A DNA stretch of 64,000 bases from Amoebidium appalachense (taxonomy: Eukaryota > Protista > Ichthyosporea). Below the pieces are notes generated by a model. It was not told where the DNA came from and searched no databases. It saw nothing but the letters and a program-made list of their open reading frames with translations. Positions within the stretch are counted from its first letter, which is position 1; every line of letters starts with the position of its first letter. The stretch covers positions 645,817 to 709,816 of the forward strand of contig CAVNZM010000013.1 in NCBI GenBank assembly GCA_963693365.1. Direction: 5' to 3'. The position numbers and the translations under genes are program-made. Below are positions 1 to 58,592 of this stretch, piece after piece.

Positions 1-973
1 GACCAGAGAGGCCACCGCAGTTTGGTGAGTTGTTAACCTTTCTGGATTAGTTGTAGTTTTTTTTTCCTTTCACCCTTGTCGAATCCCTGTACTGTTGTTT
101 TCCTCCCTGCCTGGCCTTGTCTTGTTTTCTCTCTCCACTGTGATTCTTCCCTATCCATTCCCCTCCCCTCCCCCCCTCCCTCCCCCCATGGGGTTGGGAA
201 CCACACGCAAGAGGTTTGAGAGTCGAAAGCCATTCTTTTGTGGAGGCATGGGAACCCCTCTGATGATGGGCTCTGTTCAAGTGCCTTCTGCACTTCATGC
301 TTGAATTGTTTGATTTCGGGGTTTTCCTTTTTGTGACGTTTTGTATGTAGTTTGTCCTTTGGTGTCTCCTCCATATTTCCAGCCCTCTAACACATACATC
401 CTCCATCCTCCCTCCCCCCCCCCCCCCCCCTCCCCCTTCTCCCCTCCTCGCCCGTCCCTTCCCCCTTCCCATGCCCCTCAGTGCTAATCTCAACTGGCCT
501 TCCCCATTCGCGATCCTCTCCATCGATTCCCCTGCTTCCCCAACCATATTCAGATATTAGATGGTTATTCCAAGCTTGATTAGCACATGAATCTTCTCCC
601 GCCCTCCCCCCTCCCCCCCTTCCTTCCCCCCCTGCCCCTTCCCCTCCCCCCTCATTATCAACAATACTGTTGCTCCTTTTTGCTTTTGTGTCGCTTTCTA
701 GCTTTTAATCACTATCTATCTTCCTCATATGGGAATTTATCTTTTTTTCAACGTGTCCTGTCCCGATCGGTCCCGTCCCCCCTGCTTATGATGCATACTG
801 TGCGCATTGCTGATGTTGCATGCTTGAATGTTTGCCTTTGCATGTGTCCTGCACCATGCTTTTCATCGTGTAGGCGTACTTCGTACCGTGTTCTGCATTC
901 AAACCCCCCCCCCCCCCCTCTCTTTTCTTTCAGAGTGGGTGGGAGGATACGAGGGAGGTAAGATACACACACG

Positions 974-1040
<67 letters not shown>

Positions 1041-1058
1041 CACAAGCACACGCACACG

Positions 1059-1112
<54 letters not shown>

Positions 1113-1253
1113 ATATATACATATATATATATATATAACCGTGGCATGCCTCCTCCATGCTCTTATCCGTGTATCTGTTGCCATGAACCTAACCAACATT
1201 CTCTTTCCCTCGCAGGCCCATCGCAGGGCGGTGGTGCCCTTCCACCGGTGTGA
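1..1253 (+). CDS. 3' end of an unidentified spliced gene (partial; exons <1-24, 934-957, 1216-1253)
   Basis: Donors TTG|GTGAGT (24/25) and GAG|GTAAGA (957/958); acceptors ttctttcag| (933/934) and ccctcgcag| (1215/1216). The phase 1-1 chain reads ...PERPPQFEWVGGYEGGPSQGGGALPPV*. Too short to identify. Confidence 0.6.
196..400 (+). mobile_element. Dispersed intronic element family B copy
   Basis: Reverse complement of 42348-42560; followed by poly-C. Confidence 0.7.
781..903 (+). mobile_element. Family A truncated copy, opposite orientation, inside the + strand gene
   Basis: Reverse complement of the start of the 35147 copy; ends GCATTCAAA followed by poly-C. Confidence 0.75.
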
Positions 1254-1762
1254 TTATTATCCAATACCTACCAACCGAAGATGCCTTTTTTTTAAAGCAA
1301 AACCATTGAACAAAAAATCTTACTGCGTTGCTTCCGTACGTACGTGTTAGCAGTTAGCTGTTTGGCTGAGTATCTACTTTCTACATGTTTTCCACGGTTT
1401 GATACCGTGAATTAACGTATTTGTGTTTTCCCCTTTTAACCCCTTTTTCCGCGAAAAATGGCTCTTGTTTATTTTATTGGCATGAAGTTATCGGTTTTTT
1501 TCTCCGCAGTTTGTGCTGTCGGCACCTGTACACCGTAGGCAAAATTGAACGGGGTGATATATGATAAATCCATTGTTCACTCGTGCTTCCTGTTGTTGGT
1601 AAATGGATACATTTCCTGTTTGTTTTTTTGTTTTTTACGCGAAAGGTGTCTGTATGAGAACGCCCTGAGAGATGGAGGATAGATGCAAGACATTATTTGT
1701 GTGTAGACCATGCATGGCTTAATTGGTGTCCATTGTGCATGTGTGGGTTCGTGTGTGTGCCG

Positions 1763-1794
<32 letters not shown>

Positions 1795-1796
1795 TG

Positions 1797-1828
<32 letters not shown>

Positions 1829-1842
1829 TGTGCGTGTGCGTG

Positions 1843-1889
<47 letters not shown>

Positions 1890-2109
1890 GTGCATGTATT
1901 GGTTGGTTTGCTGGTTTCTTTGCGCTATTTACTTTATTTATTTATTTACTTATATTTTAGTTAAGTTATTTTCATTTTTTTGGGCCCGGGGGGGGGGGGG
2001 GGGGGGGGGGGAGGGGGGGGGGGGGGGGAGGCAGTCTGCCAGCCTGTGACGGCAAGCATCAACCAATCATTGTCTATTTTGTACACACAGGCAGGCACAC
2101 AGATACACA

Positions 2110-2173
<64 letters not shown>

Positions 2174-2441
2174 TGTATACGTGTGTATTAGCTAAGGCCG
2201 GGGTTAGGCTGATATCTAAGGTTACTTGAAGTCGGGAAAAGATCATATTGTACTAATATGCATGTTAGTGTGTAAGTGCACGGGATGAATATTATGCAGG
2301 CTATTCAGGCCTGGTGGAACCGTTTTGATGTCGCAAAAACGCAATGGCTGATTCGAATAAAGTTATCATGCAGCAATGAGAAACTGGACCCTCCCCCCAC
2401 TCCCAAACCCCCCTCCTCCCCCCTCCCAACCCCCCCAACCC

Positions 2442-2472
<31 letters not shown>

Positions 2473-3209
2473 AACACATACACACAAACACACTCGCACA
2501 CACCATTCGAGCCCCCCTCCCCCCCCACCCCGCCCTCTCCCCTCCCGGCCACCATGTTTATTTGCTATCAATTAAGCGCCACTCATCTGACCGAATATAG
2601 TCACAATGCACATTCTTTAAGTGGAATTGCGGATCCAGTCAAAAATAGCGCAGTTTTTTTTCGAAGCGGTGGATCCAATCGCCTTATTGGATTTGACTTT
2701 ATCCGAATTCCGGCCCGGTCCAGACGTTGCGACTATTTGGCCCTATGACAACCTTCCCCCCCCCCCCCCCCCCCAAAAAAAAAAAAAAAAAAAAAAAAAA
2801 AAAGCATACACATGTGCGCACACACATCTACACATACTGGTGCACTACCACGGCGACCACCACTACCCTTCTCCGGCTGAAGACACAAAGAGTATAAGCA
2901 AACCCCCCCCCCCCCCCCCTCTCGCCATCGATCCTCCGGATCGAGCTCGTCCTCCCATTAAGTAGAGGTATGTCTGTTTGTTACCGCAGCTGATAAAAGC
3001 ACATATGATATCTGCAAATATTACCAATATTCCATAATATAATTATTTCTCCGGTTGACGTCCACCAAATTTGGGATTCGGTGGGGAGTCTCATAGGTGA
3101 AGTAAAGTTTTGTCTACTGTAGCGTAACCCGGACATGTGGTTGTCATAGTGGTGGTGGTAGTGGCCCGCGGCCGTTTTTTTTTCTCTTTTTTTTCCCCGC
3201 ATGGAAAAA

Positions 3210-3263
<54 letters not shown>

Positions 3264-3359
3264 AATATCTTGATAAAGTGTACAGGCAAGCACGACACGT
3301 AATGACAAGGCCCATGCACGTCGGAGTGGCGTTGGGGGGGTTGTGTGTGTGTGACGCTG

Positions 3360-3395
<36 letters not shown>

Positions 3396-3409
3396 CACTG
3401 TGTGTCACG

Positions 3410-3470
<61 letters not shown>

Positions 3471-3508
3471 GGTGGGCATTCGAGAGGGCCCATAAAAGAG
3501 GTGTAGAA

Positions 3509-3548
<40 letters not shown>

Positions 3549-4014
3549 CTGGGCTCAAATATTCTGATAGTAAATGAAAAGAGCAATGATCAATGAACGT
3601 TCGGCACATTGGCCCGTTTATTAAACTAGCTGGCAAGAAATGACGAAGTCTGTAGTCAAAACCGTTTCTGTTGGTCAAAAAAAAACAAAAAAAAAATGAA
3701 AACTTTGAACATCAGAACCTGGGGTTTAGTTGAAAAACACGTATACACGTGCAACCTATGCATTAGTGTGTATTACCTTCACTTGATTATTTACATATCG
3801 ATCTTAGTCCAACCGACTGTGTATGAGCTCTATTCAACAATCATCATACGATCCTTAATGTTCTGATAAAATCTCCAAAGTTGCCGGTTCACCACACGCC
3901 TTCAAATAATACCTTACATGTGTCTTAGCGAGCGTGTTGTGCAGGTGGGCTTGTATGCATCCGTCTGTTTGTGTGTTTGTGTATGCGCGTCCGTGTATGG
4001 GCGTAGTTTGGCAG

Positions 4015-4119
<105 letters not shown>

Positions 4120-4324
4120 CGCATGTGTGTGTGTGTGTCGAGGGAGGGGGGGATCAACAGTATCATATTAAAGCCAACACATTCCAAAGAGGCCGTTATT
4201 TTAGTCCAGATCCCTAGAGCCGCTACAGGCACAACACACTCTTTATGATCAAAGCAAAACAAACCAGAAGAGGCTTCCCAGTTTGCAGCACTGGGCCGAC
4301 AGCCAAAAAAATAAATAATGGGGT

Positions 4325-4371
<47 letters not shown>

Positions 4372-4391
4372 AAAAAAAGCATGAAAGCCTA

Positions 4392-37391
<33,000 letters not shown>

Positions 37392-40300
37392 CTTTCATTA
37401 AAAAAAAAAACACTATGTTTCCTATGGTGTTCTGCACGGACTATAACGGTGAAATTGTGGGAGATGTTTCCAAAGATGCGGTGTTTAGTGTTGGAATGGG
37501 TGGCAAGAACACTGCGAGAAGGGAATCTAATCTAGTGTGCTACGCTGGTTATAATGTTTCGTGGGAAGCTTCTTTATACGAGTGTTGTTTGTTATCAGCC
37601 CTTAACAAAAGGTGTTGGTAAACAATAAAAAAATGGTTGTATTTAGCTTCTGAACAAACCCCTTCTTTAGAAGTGCCCTGAAAGGGGAGTTTTCGTTTCA
37701 TTTTACTTGTGATCACGTCATAGTTTGACTGGTGCTTGCCCAGGGATTACCCACCGGCAAAAAGCACACACCTGATGATTAGGACCTAAGTAGTGTATAA
37801 AACTCGGAAATTAATCATAAACGATCTAGTGGGCGCCTCACAGCGATGTGAGCCCAATCTCGGTTAGGATAACTTTTTGTGTACACATTTTATCCCCGGC
37901 ATCCGACGATATTCCTATTTTTTTATTGTTTTATAAAAACTTTTTTTTGGCGTAGCAAGATGTTGATAAAATAGCCTCTGATAAAAGAGTATCAACACGG
38001 CGGGTTTTTTTCTCCCTTCTGTGCTAACGGGTATTTTGGTGGGGTACCTAGTTTAGGACGAAGAGGGTGTTGCCTCACCGTGACTACTGTAGGTTCTGCC
38101 TGCGCAAAATCCGCTCCAATAGCTGCGCTGAGGAGAGTAGTCGTTAGTACGGCCTGAAAGAGTATAGAAGTAAACTTGGTGAGAGTTTGTAGGTGAAGTG
38201 AGCGTGCTTGTTCTGTTCCTATATTCGGTGTTCTTGTTCAGCCAGTGACCGTTGTTGTGTGCTGCCGATGGGAGGCCAGTAAGCATCTGTGTTTTACGTT
38301 GTGTCTTCGTGCGGAGCCTTTGGCTATACGCCGTTGTTGCTATCGAAAGTGCCCATAAAGTAGGTTCCGTTGTGACACCCGTAAGTTTACGCGGAAGCTT
38401 CCGGCGTTCTGTACGGAGTCGAGATATACCTAGTATATCTTGGCTATCTACTCGGTCATCGCTGTCGGGAAATAAAGTCCATTATAAAAAAAAAAAAAAA
38501 AATTCAATCCTTTTAGATGCGTATTCAACAAAATAATCAGGGCTTGATTGTCACTTTTCGGAAGGTTAGAAAAATAGTAAATACTTTCTTTTCATGTAAG
38601 TAACTATTGAAAAAACATATTAGGTATAGATCTTTCACGTGTTCTACTTAGTAAGTTATGGTTATGGATTTTCTCATTAGTTTTTGAGTTTTACTTGTAG
38701 CGAATCGATATTTAATCAAAGATGGTGGGATACCGGGAAATTTGCCAAAACCAGTAACTGGTAACTTCGGCCGCTATCTCGTGCACTGGCGTCTCAAAAA
38801 ACGGAACACTTCGTTCCAGATCTCGACAGGATAGGTAATTGGGAGACAATCACATGTCTTATAGATCCAACCGCCAGCGTTTCCTATCATTTAGTGCAAC
38901 TAAACCACCAATGACCAATCATATATCTTCGATTCCCAACCAATGATTTAACGTAAGAGGCACCAATCACAAATTGCTATCTGCGATTCTATATCATTAA
39001 GAATTTTGGCCCGCCATGCCATTGCTTTTTTTCCAAACTTTTGATTGGCTAAGAGGTCCGAGAGAGAACAGATCTGTTCTAGATCTGGTAAGATTAACGC
39101 ACCTGATTGGTTTCGCGGAGGATCTACCTATTGCCGGAAAACAGCTCAGACCTTCCCGCCCCCCAACCTCTCCCCTATCTCCTTAAACCCAATCTTTGTT
39201 CACGTGACCGGACCGAGAATGGGAAGAAATTAAATACAAAGTTTTAAAACAGCTAAAGTCATTATATTTTATTGTCAACGATAAATGTGGAATGCATGGA
39301 ATGTTCATCTACACAGGCCTCGCTTTTCCCTCAGACGGTCAGACCATCCTTTTTTCCTCTCTTTGTCAGTTTGTTAACACACACTTTGGGAATCATATTA
39401 GTGACTGCCACTGAAGTGCACTAAATAGCATTTTGTTAGGAAAAATGTCGACACCCATTCAATGTCACCCATCCAATGTTCGCGATCGCCTGGAGCCGCA
39501 AACCGTAATCCCCCCAAATAATCCCCCCAAATTGTGACACCGACAGGCCTTACTTCCTTCAGGGCAGCGAAGTGCCCACAACGCTAGTGCAAGTTTTCGA
39601 ATTTATCTTCCCTACTTACAGATTGGCTTGCTACAGGTATGATACTTTGGTGCAAACAAGATCTTTTGAAAGTAGTTTATTTTTCTCATAACCGTGCGAG
39701 TGGCTTTTTTCCAAGGGCCTTAGGATGAGTCCTTGATCATGAAACGATGCCTGCGCGCGACCGAGTGTTTGCTTTGTTTTTCACGTTCTGTTCATTACTT
39801 GTATTTTTACCTGGACTCCTTTCCGAATTCGAATTCTTTGCTGCCGTGCACAGAACCACCACTGACTTCTTAGACTTTGGCACGCACTTAAAAATCCGAT
39901 AATTTTCAACAAATTTGAAACGGAAGAATCGCACCATCTGCCATCAAATTTGAACCTTGCTATACCTTGTGCATTCGCCTGCAGGACTTGGTTCGGCGAT
40001 TATTATTTCTAATGCCGAGGCTGAGAGATAATGGTACTTTGTCCTGTTCATAGTATTATGAGTACAAAATAATTGAGCATCACCAGCCATCAATAAAAGT
40101 TACCCAGGGCTCAACCCCCCCTCCCCCCCCCCCCCCCCCCCCCCCCTCCCCTCCTTCCCCCAACCCACCCTCCCCTTAAGCTTGTGTGCGTGTGTGTGCT
40201 TGTGTGCCTGTGTGTGCGGGCGTGCGCGTGCATATGTGTGTGTGTGCCCGCGCGGTTGTGCAGGTGGGGAGAAACAACGAGGATGAAGGAGCTGCCGAGA

Positions 40301-40717
40301 GGGGGGGGGGGGGGGGGGGGGAACAAACAGGTACAGTGTACATGCATATCAGCATGATTTCACAAAAACACCCTGACAGTATGGACCAAAAGGATACTGT
40401 ACATTCGGTTACAACATCTTTGCCGGTTTTCAGGTTACCTTTTTTAAAATTACACTTGCAGATGCTTTTATTTTAAAAAAAAACAATTTAAAAAAACGAA
40501 ACTACTGACACCGTACCATATGCCAGTGTTCGGTAAAAAGTAAATAGAACACCGCTTGCAGCCTCATTCACTAACCATAACCTCAAAGCCCCCGGATTAG
40601 AAACAAGTACAAGTATAAAAACAAATTGACACTTTTTGTACTTTTTTGGTATCTAAAACTAAATTTTAAAAAACGATCGTTGCATTCATCCACCCAAGGC
40701 TTTCACGTCACATCCCT

Positions 40718-47604
<6,887 letters not shown>

Positions 47605-48487
47605 GGTGGTGGTTACAAATAAGAAGTAGGATCTATAGTGAAAGTTTGTATCGTAACATGAACGGAACTGATTAATGGTAGTAAATAAATGAGAGCAGGG
47701 AGCCGCAGTGCTTTATGAGCAGGTTTGAATAGACGATGGCCGGTCACACATATTTGTTTATTGCTTCGGGCAAACAGACCATCTGATATTAGAATCAAAG
47801 TTTCTCGTTGACAAAGATTCACCACACTTGTACATGTGCCTGAGTTCAGTTGTAGTTCAACGGTCAGCCCTTGAAATTGTTCCGGCGCGGTGCTGAATGG
47901 TAACCACCTACATAAATTGTTTGTTTACATCTAAATTGCACCGCATTCACCAACCATTTCACCGATCCCACAGGTTTGGTGAGATTGCATCTAATGCAAA
48001 GAATCAATCCACTCACTCAGTTTTAGGTACTTGCTCTATGTAGCCTAAATCGATGATCCGATGTAGTCATGATTTGCAACTACCCCCCCCCCCCCCCCCC
48101 CCCCCCCCTCCCCCTCCTTCCCCCCCGCCCCCCCAACCCCCCCTCCGGGGAGATCCTCCTCCTATGTGCTCCTTTTCAGCATCCGGAAGCCCCGGCAACT
48201 CTCAACAAACACATAATTTTTGGCACTCTCATGGCACAGGCGTGACAGAGACATGTCCTGGTACACCGGTGAGATCTAGACACACTTCGAATTCTATAGA
48301 CTACACAGACAAACCGTCCTGGACCAGTGCATGCGCATACATACACCTGTAGGCACGTACAACAGTGTACCGGTACGGAAAATTTTGAACACTTTGAGAC
48401 ACACACACACACACGCACACACACCCACACACACACACACACACTCACTCACTCACTCACACTCACTCACTCACTCACTCACTGTGT

Positions 48488-48521
<34 letters not shown>

Positions 48522-48685
48522 GTGGCACACATGTACACACAAACACACATGCACACCGCAGCACACATGTACACACACACACATACATACTGACACACGT
48601 GCACGCACAGTCACACTCGTGTAACACATGATACACACACACGAAGCCACACATGTACAAAAACACTCACATACACACATAGCCA

Positions 48686-48733
<48 letters not shown>

Positions 48734-49512
48734 CACGCTGAGTCAGATTCACACACACACACACAGACAGACAGACACACACACACAGACAGACACACAC
48801 ACTGTCGGACACACACACACACACACACACACACAGTACGGTACTTTAATCCCGTATGTTGAGTAATTTGAAAATTTTGGTATCATGATTTCCAAGTTGT
48901 CACAGTGGTTGTGGGTCCTCCCCGAGGCTCCCCTCCCCCCTCCCCCCCCCCCCCCCCCCCCCCCCCCAATGCGCATACATCTGGAAATGTCGTTAGCCGC
49001 CATGTGTGTAAAGCCTCTCGGGTTTGTCGTCGAATGATTGTGTACATGTGTGTGTGTGTGTATGCATGTGCGTGCATCTGTTGAGCAGTGACTTTATCAT
49101 AAAGTGTGCCGCCGAGAGGCTGCCGCCACGTACGCATGACGTGTGTGTGTGTGTATGTGTGAATATATTCTCTGTGTTTTTTGTGCTATTCAACCCTCAG
49201 GTTGCGGTTTGTCCAGTGTCACGGTGAATGGCTTTAGAGCGAAAGGAGAGGGGGGCGGGGAAGGGGCGAGGAAGGGGGGGGGGAAGGGAGTGGGGGGGGG
49301 GGGGGGGGGGAGGGGAGGGGGGGGCGAGGGGCGGGGGGAGAGGGGAAGGTGAGGAGATAGATGGGGTGACCTTGCCAGGAAGACACGGGAAAGCTGAGAA
49401 AAGCTCAAGTTGGTTCCCGACCGTCACCGTGAACTTCTTGAAGTTTGTACTTGCCAATCTTTTGTGTGTACATGTGTGGGCAGGTGGTGGGGGCCGAGGG
49501 ATTGTGTGTGTG

Positions 49513-49618
<106 letters not shown>

Positions 49619-50000
49619 CTGTGTCTCCGTGTGTGTGTGCGTGTGCGTGTGTGTGTGCATGTCACGGTACACATGTGTGTTACACAGTGTATGTGTGTGT
49701 GCGCGCGCGCCTGCGTGCGTGCGTGTGCGCACTTGCGTGTGTACAGTGTGTGTCACGGTGTGTTTGTGAGTCACGTGTTCGTGTGTGTGTGTCACAGTAT
49801 GTGTGTGTGTGTGTGTCACGGTGTGTGTGTGTGTGTGGGTGTGTGTGTGTGTGCATGCGTGTGTGTGCTTGTGTGTGTGTGTCTGTCTCTCTGTCTCTCT
49901 CTCTTTCTATCACCCTCTCGACTACACACACACCCATACCCACACGTGCCCACTCACCCTTACGCAAGGAGGGGGCCGGGGGGGGGGGGGGAGGTGAGAA

Positions 50001-50040
<40 letters not shown>

Positions 50041-50067
50041 GGAGAGAGACTGGAGAGAGAGAGAGGG

Positions 50068-50128
<61 letters not shown>

Positions 50129-50211
50129 TCGGAGAGGAAGGGAGGGAGGGAGGGAGGGAGGGAGGGAGTATTAGGGAGAGATGAACGAGGAGAAAGGAAG
50201 GAGGGCGGGGA

Positions 50212-50279
<68 letters not shown>

Positions 50280-50281
50280 CA

Positions 50282-50349
<68 letters not shown>

Positions 50350-50394
50350 GACTGAGAGAGAGAGAGAGGAGGGGGGGAGAGAGAGAGAGAGAAG

Positions 50395-50446
<52 letters not shown>

Positions 50447-50732
50447 AGAGAGAGCGCGGGGGGCAGGGGGGGGGGGGGGGGGGGGGGGGGGGAGAAGGGG
50501 GGGAAATTTAAAGGAGAGAAGGAGAGAGAGACTCAGAGAGGGGACGTTGTCAAACACGACACACAAGCATGTATACCGTGACACACACACGCACGCACGC
50601 ACACACGTACACAGGCACACACGCACACGCACAAATGTGACACATTGAATGCACAGACAGTCAGACACGCACACACACGAACGCACGGAGACGCCCATAA
50701 GCACACGCACACTCGTACACATGGAAACACAC

Positions 50733-50837
<105 letters not shown>

Positions 50838-52497
50838 CCGCAAGGAACTTACTATTGGAAGTTTGCATATGCACCGTCACGGGGCACGTGTGCTGCGCGA
50901 CGGATGGCACGTGTCGGCACAGACTGTCGGACTCGCGAATCCAGCTGCACATTCCATTTAATAAACATAGACCAATAGGAGCGGCTCATGGCGTTGCGAT
51001 GTCGTGCAAGCGTTTGTTTCGATCAAAATGTGAAACATACACATAAAACATCAGCGTATAATTTGTTATTATGAAAAATCGGTAAATATTATTATAGTTT
51101 TGATGTTTTTTTCCTTCTACCACAAGAGATCAAATGTCGCAGACATGTCAATCACTCATCAAGTTGATCAAGCGTTGCAAAACGTAGGTATTTGGGACTA
51201 TCCAATCGGAGCGTGGTATGACAATAAAAAAAAATTAAAAATTCTACGGCCATAAACTGCGACAGTCACTGGCAGACTGCAACGCCTTAACGCCTTGCTT
51301 TGGCCTCGTGTGCAAGCCCGAACATTCGGAGTTTTTTCTTGGTATTTTTTCAAGCCCCGGAGTATTTTTGCCTGGGGTGTATGGTATTTTTCATCTCCAG
51401 TCCAAGGGGGATGAAGGGGGGGGTTCCTAGCTTACCATGAAACTTTTTTTTTGACTCGGGTTTATTGATCCGTTGATGAAGGCAACGTGCAGCCACAGGC
51501 TACATAACCTGCGGAGGCTTCCCATAAACTGAAAATTTGATGGTATTTTCGAAAAGTTTAGGGTATTTTTTACCGTAAAAACGGGGTTATGGTCGGGCCT
51601 GCGAGTCGTGTGCACTGTGACAGGATAAAAAAAAGGAAAGAAAGAAAGAAAGAAAATGGAAAATGGAAAAGAAGCCAGGAAGAGCACTTAAACTCTTGGT
51701 ATACAGCTGTTATTAAAAAAAAAAAAATGGCAAAGCCCGGTCTGCCCTGGCTTTTGGCAGCTTTAGTTTGTCACATGTACATATGTCATGCATGCCGCAA
51801 TCTCAGGCCCCCAGGCCCATGGCGGTCACGTTTTTCGGTGACATGCATGATGCCCGGCAGGGTTGCCTAGTTGTGGAACGTTTACGCCAAGCAACGCAAG
51901 GCGTTCGATGATTGTCACACACTGATTTGAATTCGACTGCTACGTAGTATACGTTGAAATGATTTGCGTCAGAATTCTGATAGAAAGAGAAGGTACTTGT
52001 AGTTTGACCAACCACAACGTTAACCGCTTCAACAGAGTGTCCATAGAATTGCTTAAATTTCGGTCGAGAACGCAGTTGTGACAGAGAAATGCCATACGTA
52101 TACCCTATGACTTAACAGTTTTGGACTCCCCAAATGCAATTTCGGTGAGTCTGTACATGTTGCTACTGTGTAGCTTTCAAGTACTACGGAGTGAGGGCAC
52201 AGTAACTATGTAGGTGTTTAATGATTACACATTTAGTTAGGTTGTTCAGGACATTCTGTAAGGTTCAAACGCCAGTTGCTCTTCTGAGATTCTGGAGTTT
52301 GTTTACATTGTTTACTAACACTTTTTAAAACTCTTACAACGGTTGGGCCATTATAATGCCACACTTTTTAATTGTCAGCGGGACCTGGGAGTCTTGCTAT
52401 CATTGAGAGCAACACTTCCTTTTTCATAACGTTACAGCCCGAGTGAGGCTACATATATACATAGCTGGCTGCCGTGACCACACATAATTGACCAACC

Positions 52498-55791
<3,294 letters not shown>

Positions 55792-55804
<13 letters not shown>

Positions 55805-55968
55805 AAATGTGTCGCTATATGAAGGGACCAATAGAAACACCGTGCACCGTTAAAATGAAGGGGCCAATAGAAATGTCTCGTTATATGAGGGGATTAATAG
55901 AGATGCTCCGTTAAAATGAAGGGCCAATAGAGATATATATCACGTTATATGAAGCGGCCAATAGAAAT
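55792..55968. repeat. ~30-bp tandem repeat (6 copies) beginning at the glycosyltransferase stop codon
   Basis: Unit GAAGGG(G)CCAATAGAAAT...CG(T/C)TA(T/A)AT. Confidence 0.8.
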
Positions 55969-56792
55969 TTTCTCCGCTGGTAATAATGCTTCTTTTCCTG
56001 TCTCAAGCTGTGTTGTTCTTAATAGCTTTCATTGATTCTCGATCGTCTTTCTTTTGCTATGTTCCCAGATTTCCCAATGTTCAACTTAAATATCATTTAG
56101 TGAAATACTGCAAACCACCTTACTAATTCTTTAGCGATCACTGCATAAAGCAGCTGCATTATGTTGTGTGCATTGTAGCACGTTTCAACCTTTATTTATC
56201 TGCACGGTGAGTGAAAATAGAGTGCCTATGTATGATATTGGTAGGAAATATATAGCTGGTGTACGTGTGTGGCCGCCGGCTGCCATAATGCTGCTGTACG
56301 ATTGGGCCTACTTTTTAGTTTTGGAATTGTATAGCAGCACAAGTTAATGGTTTACCCAAATTCGGAACACATCAAATGGGTTACTGTGAGTAGCAGGTTC
56401 GATGTATTAGGTAAGCCCTTGGGTGCACATGCATCTGTTATTACAAAACCTCGTGTGCATGCGTATTGTAATTATAGTATAAAAATTATAGACCGTCGGG
56501 CATGCCCATCTTCACCCAGACTGTGCGTCATTAATAGGCCCATACAACATGTGCGCAAATTTGTGATGTCTTCGATGATATTCCTACTTTTTTTTTTCAC
56601 TTTCCGAAAACCTTCTTTACTTATTTCTGCCCTCGTGAAGTTCAACTACTCCTCCTGGCCCTTGCTTAATTCGAGATAGCCAGACATTGGGAAGAGGATT
56701 CCATTTTGTTTTTGTTTTTTCTTTTACGTTCTTTTCAATCTTCTTTCTTTCTTTCTTTCTTTTTTTTTTTTTTTTTGGTTGTTGTCGTTGGT

Positions 56793-56844
<52 letters not shown>

Positions 56845-57181
56845 CCCGCCGCCCTCACTCTCCTCCTCCTCCTTCGCAAAGTCTATGAGGCACCCAGACA
56901 CATGTAAAATTTCAAACCGCACACTGCAATGAACAGCAAGACTTAGTATACGAAGCAAATGTTTCCTAGCTATAGAGTCCTCTTACCATCGTGTGATACG
57001 GAAAAGATCAAGTATGCCTCATGTCACGTACACATCATACAGCATGCACTTTGGATATCCGGTGAAGCTATAGCTATATAGCCATGCGCGGTGATCTCTG
57101 TTGTGTCCATGGCGAGACTCAGTTATAATGTACTGTACATCCTTTTTTAGTCCTGTTTGATGCCCCGATCTAAAATGAATT

Positions 57182-57228
<47 letters not shown>

Positions 57229-57628
57229 CACCAAAAAAAAAAAACAAAAAAAAACATGCATACACACGTACGATATGGAAGAGTCTTAGCTATAGACAGC
57301 TCGATGCCGCATTGCGGCATTTTTACGCAACAGTTGCACGTTTACGTACATGCGCTACTGAGTGACAAGCGCGCTCACAGCCCCATGGCCAAACATGTGC
57401 ACTTAATGGCTGGATATATACGTGCATTGTGATACTGATCAGGCTCTCACTGACATGCAATTGCAATTTGAGTTTCTGGATCAGAGGAAGGCAAGAGGAT
57501 ATGGGGGGGGGGGAGAGAGAGAGAGAGAGAGAGAGCTCGAGAGAGAGAGAGAGGGGGGGGGGGGGGGGGGGGGGGAGAGAGAGAGTCTCAGAGAGAGAGT
57601 GAGAGAGAGAGGGGGGGGGGGGGGGAGC

Positions 57629-57827
<199 letters not shown>

Positions 57828-58120
57828 CTCCGAGAGGGAGGGAGGGAGGGAGGGAGGGAGGGAGGGAGGGGGAGAGGGAGAGTGTGTGTATTTGTGTGTG
57901 TGTATGTGTGTGTGCGTGTGTTTGTGTGGTGGTGGTGGGGGAGAGTGGGGAGAAGGAGGAGGGGATTGCAAATGCATGTTCACAGCCCAGAGGATTGACT
58001 TATTTACCATGACTCATGACTCAAGGGGGTTCGCTTCGAAAATCTGAGTGTTGTCTCCCCGCGGCCGGCTCTTAACTATTTCGTATGTCACCGCACGTCC
58101 CATGGCGCAATTACATAAAA

Positions 58121-58261
58121 AGGGGCCACCCGCAACCGGTAAGTATATACAAATATATATAAATCTATTTAAATATACATATATATATAAATCTTATATA
58201 TATATATATATATATATATATGTAAATATATATAAATATATACTGGTTGCGGGCGACCCCT
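58121..58261. mobile_element. Small fold-back element: ~21-bp imperfect GC-rich inverted repeats around an AT/(TA)n core
   Basis: AGGGGCCACCCGCAACCGGTA ... TACTGGTTGCGGGCGACCCCT. Confidence 0.55.
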
Positions 58262-58554
58262 GAAAATGGGAAATGTGACACTCCTAGGCGACTATGTTAT
58301 ACATATTTTGCCTCATGAAAACATCCGTACAATACCCCACTTCGCGACCAGAAAAACCGTTGAATAGCTTTGAAGGATACATTTCGGTTTTTATTTTTGG
58401 AAACATATCCCGCCCACGGTGCACACATGTGCCGCCATAGAGCCACTTTTGGCTCTAAACTTGGTGCACAGCTAATATCTTAAGCAGAAAATTCTGTCAA
58501 CTACCCCCCCCCCCCCCCTCCCCCCCCCCCCCTGGCTCCCCCGTCCCACCCCCC

Positions 58555-58592
<38 letters not shown>

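Noticed and set aside
781-903. Family A as a C/D box snoRNA (ATGATG ... CTGA)
   Set aside because: The boxes are imperfect, too close together and not conserved among copies.
2588-2742. Weak inverted repeat (ATAGTCACAA ... TTGCGACTAT) as a MITE
   Set aside because: Short, mismatched and single-copy in the window.
56960-57297. Loose inverted similarity around TAGCTATAG motifs
   Set aside because: Largely explained by a short palindrome; too degenerate to call.
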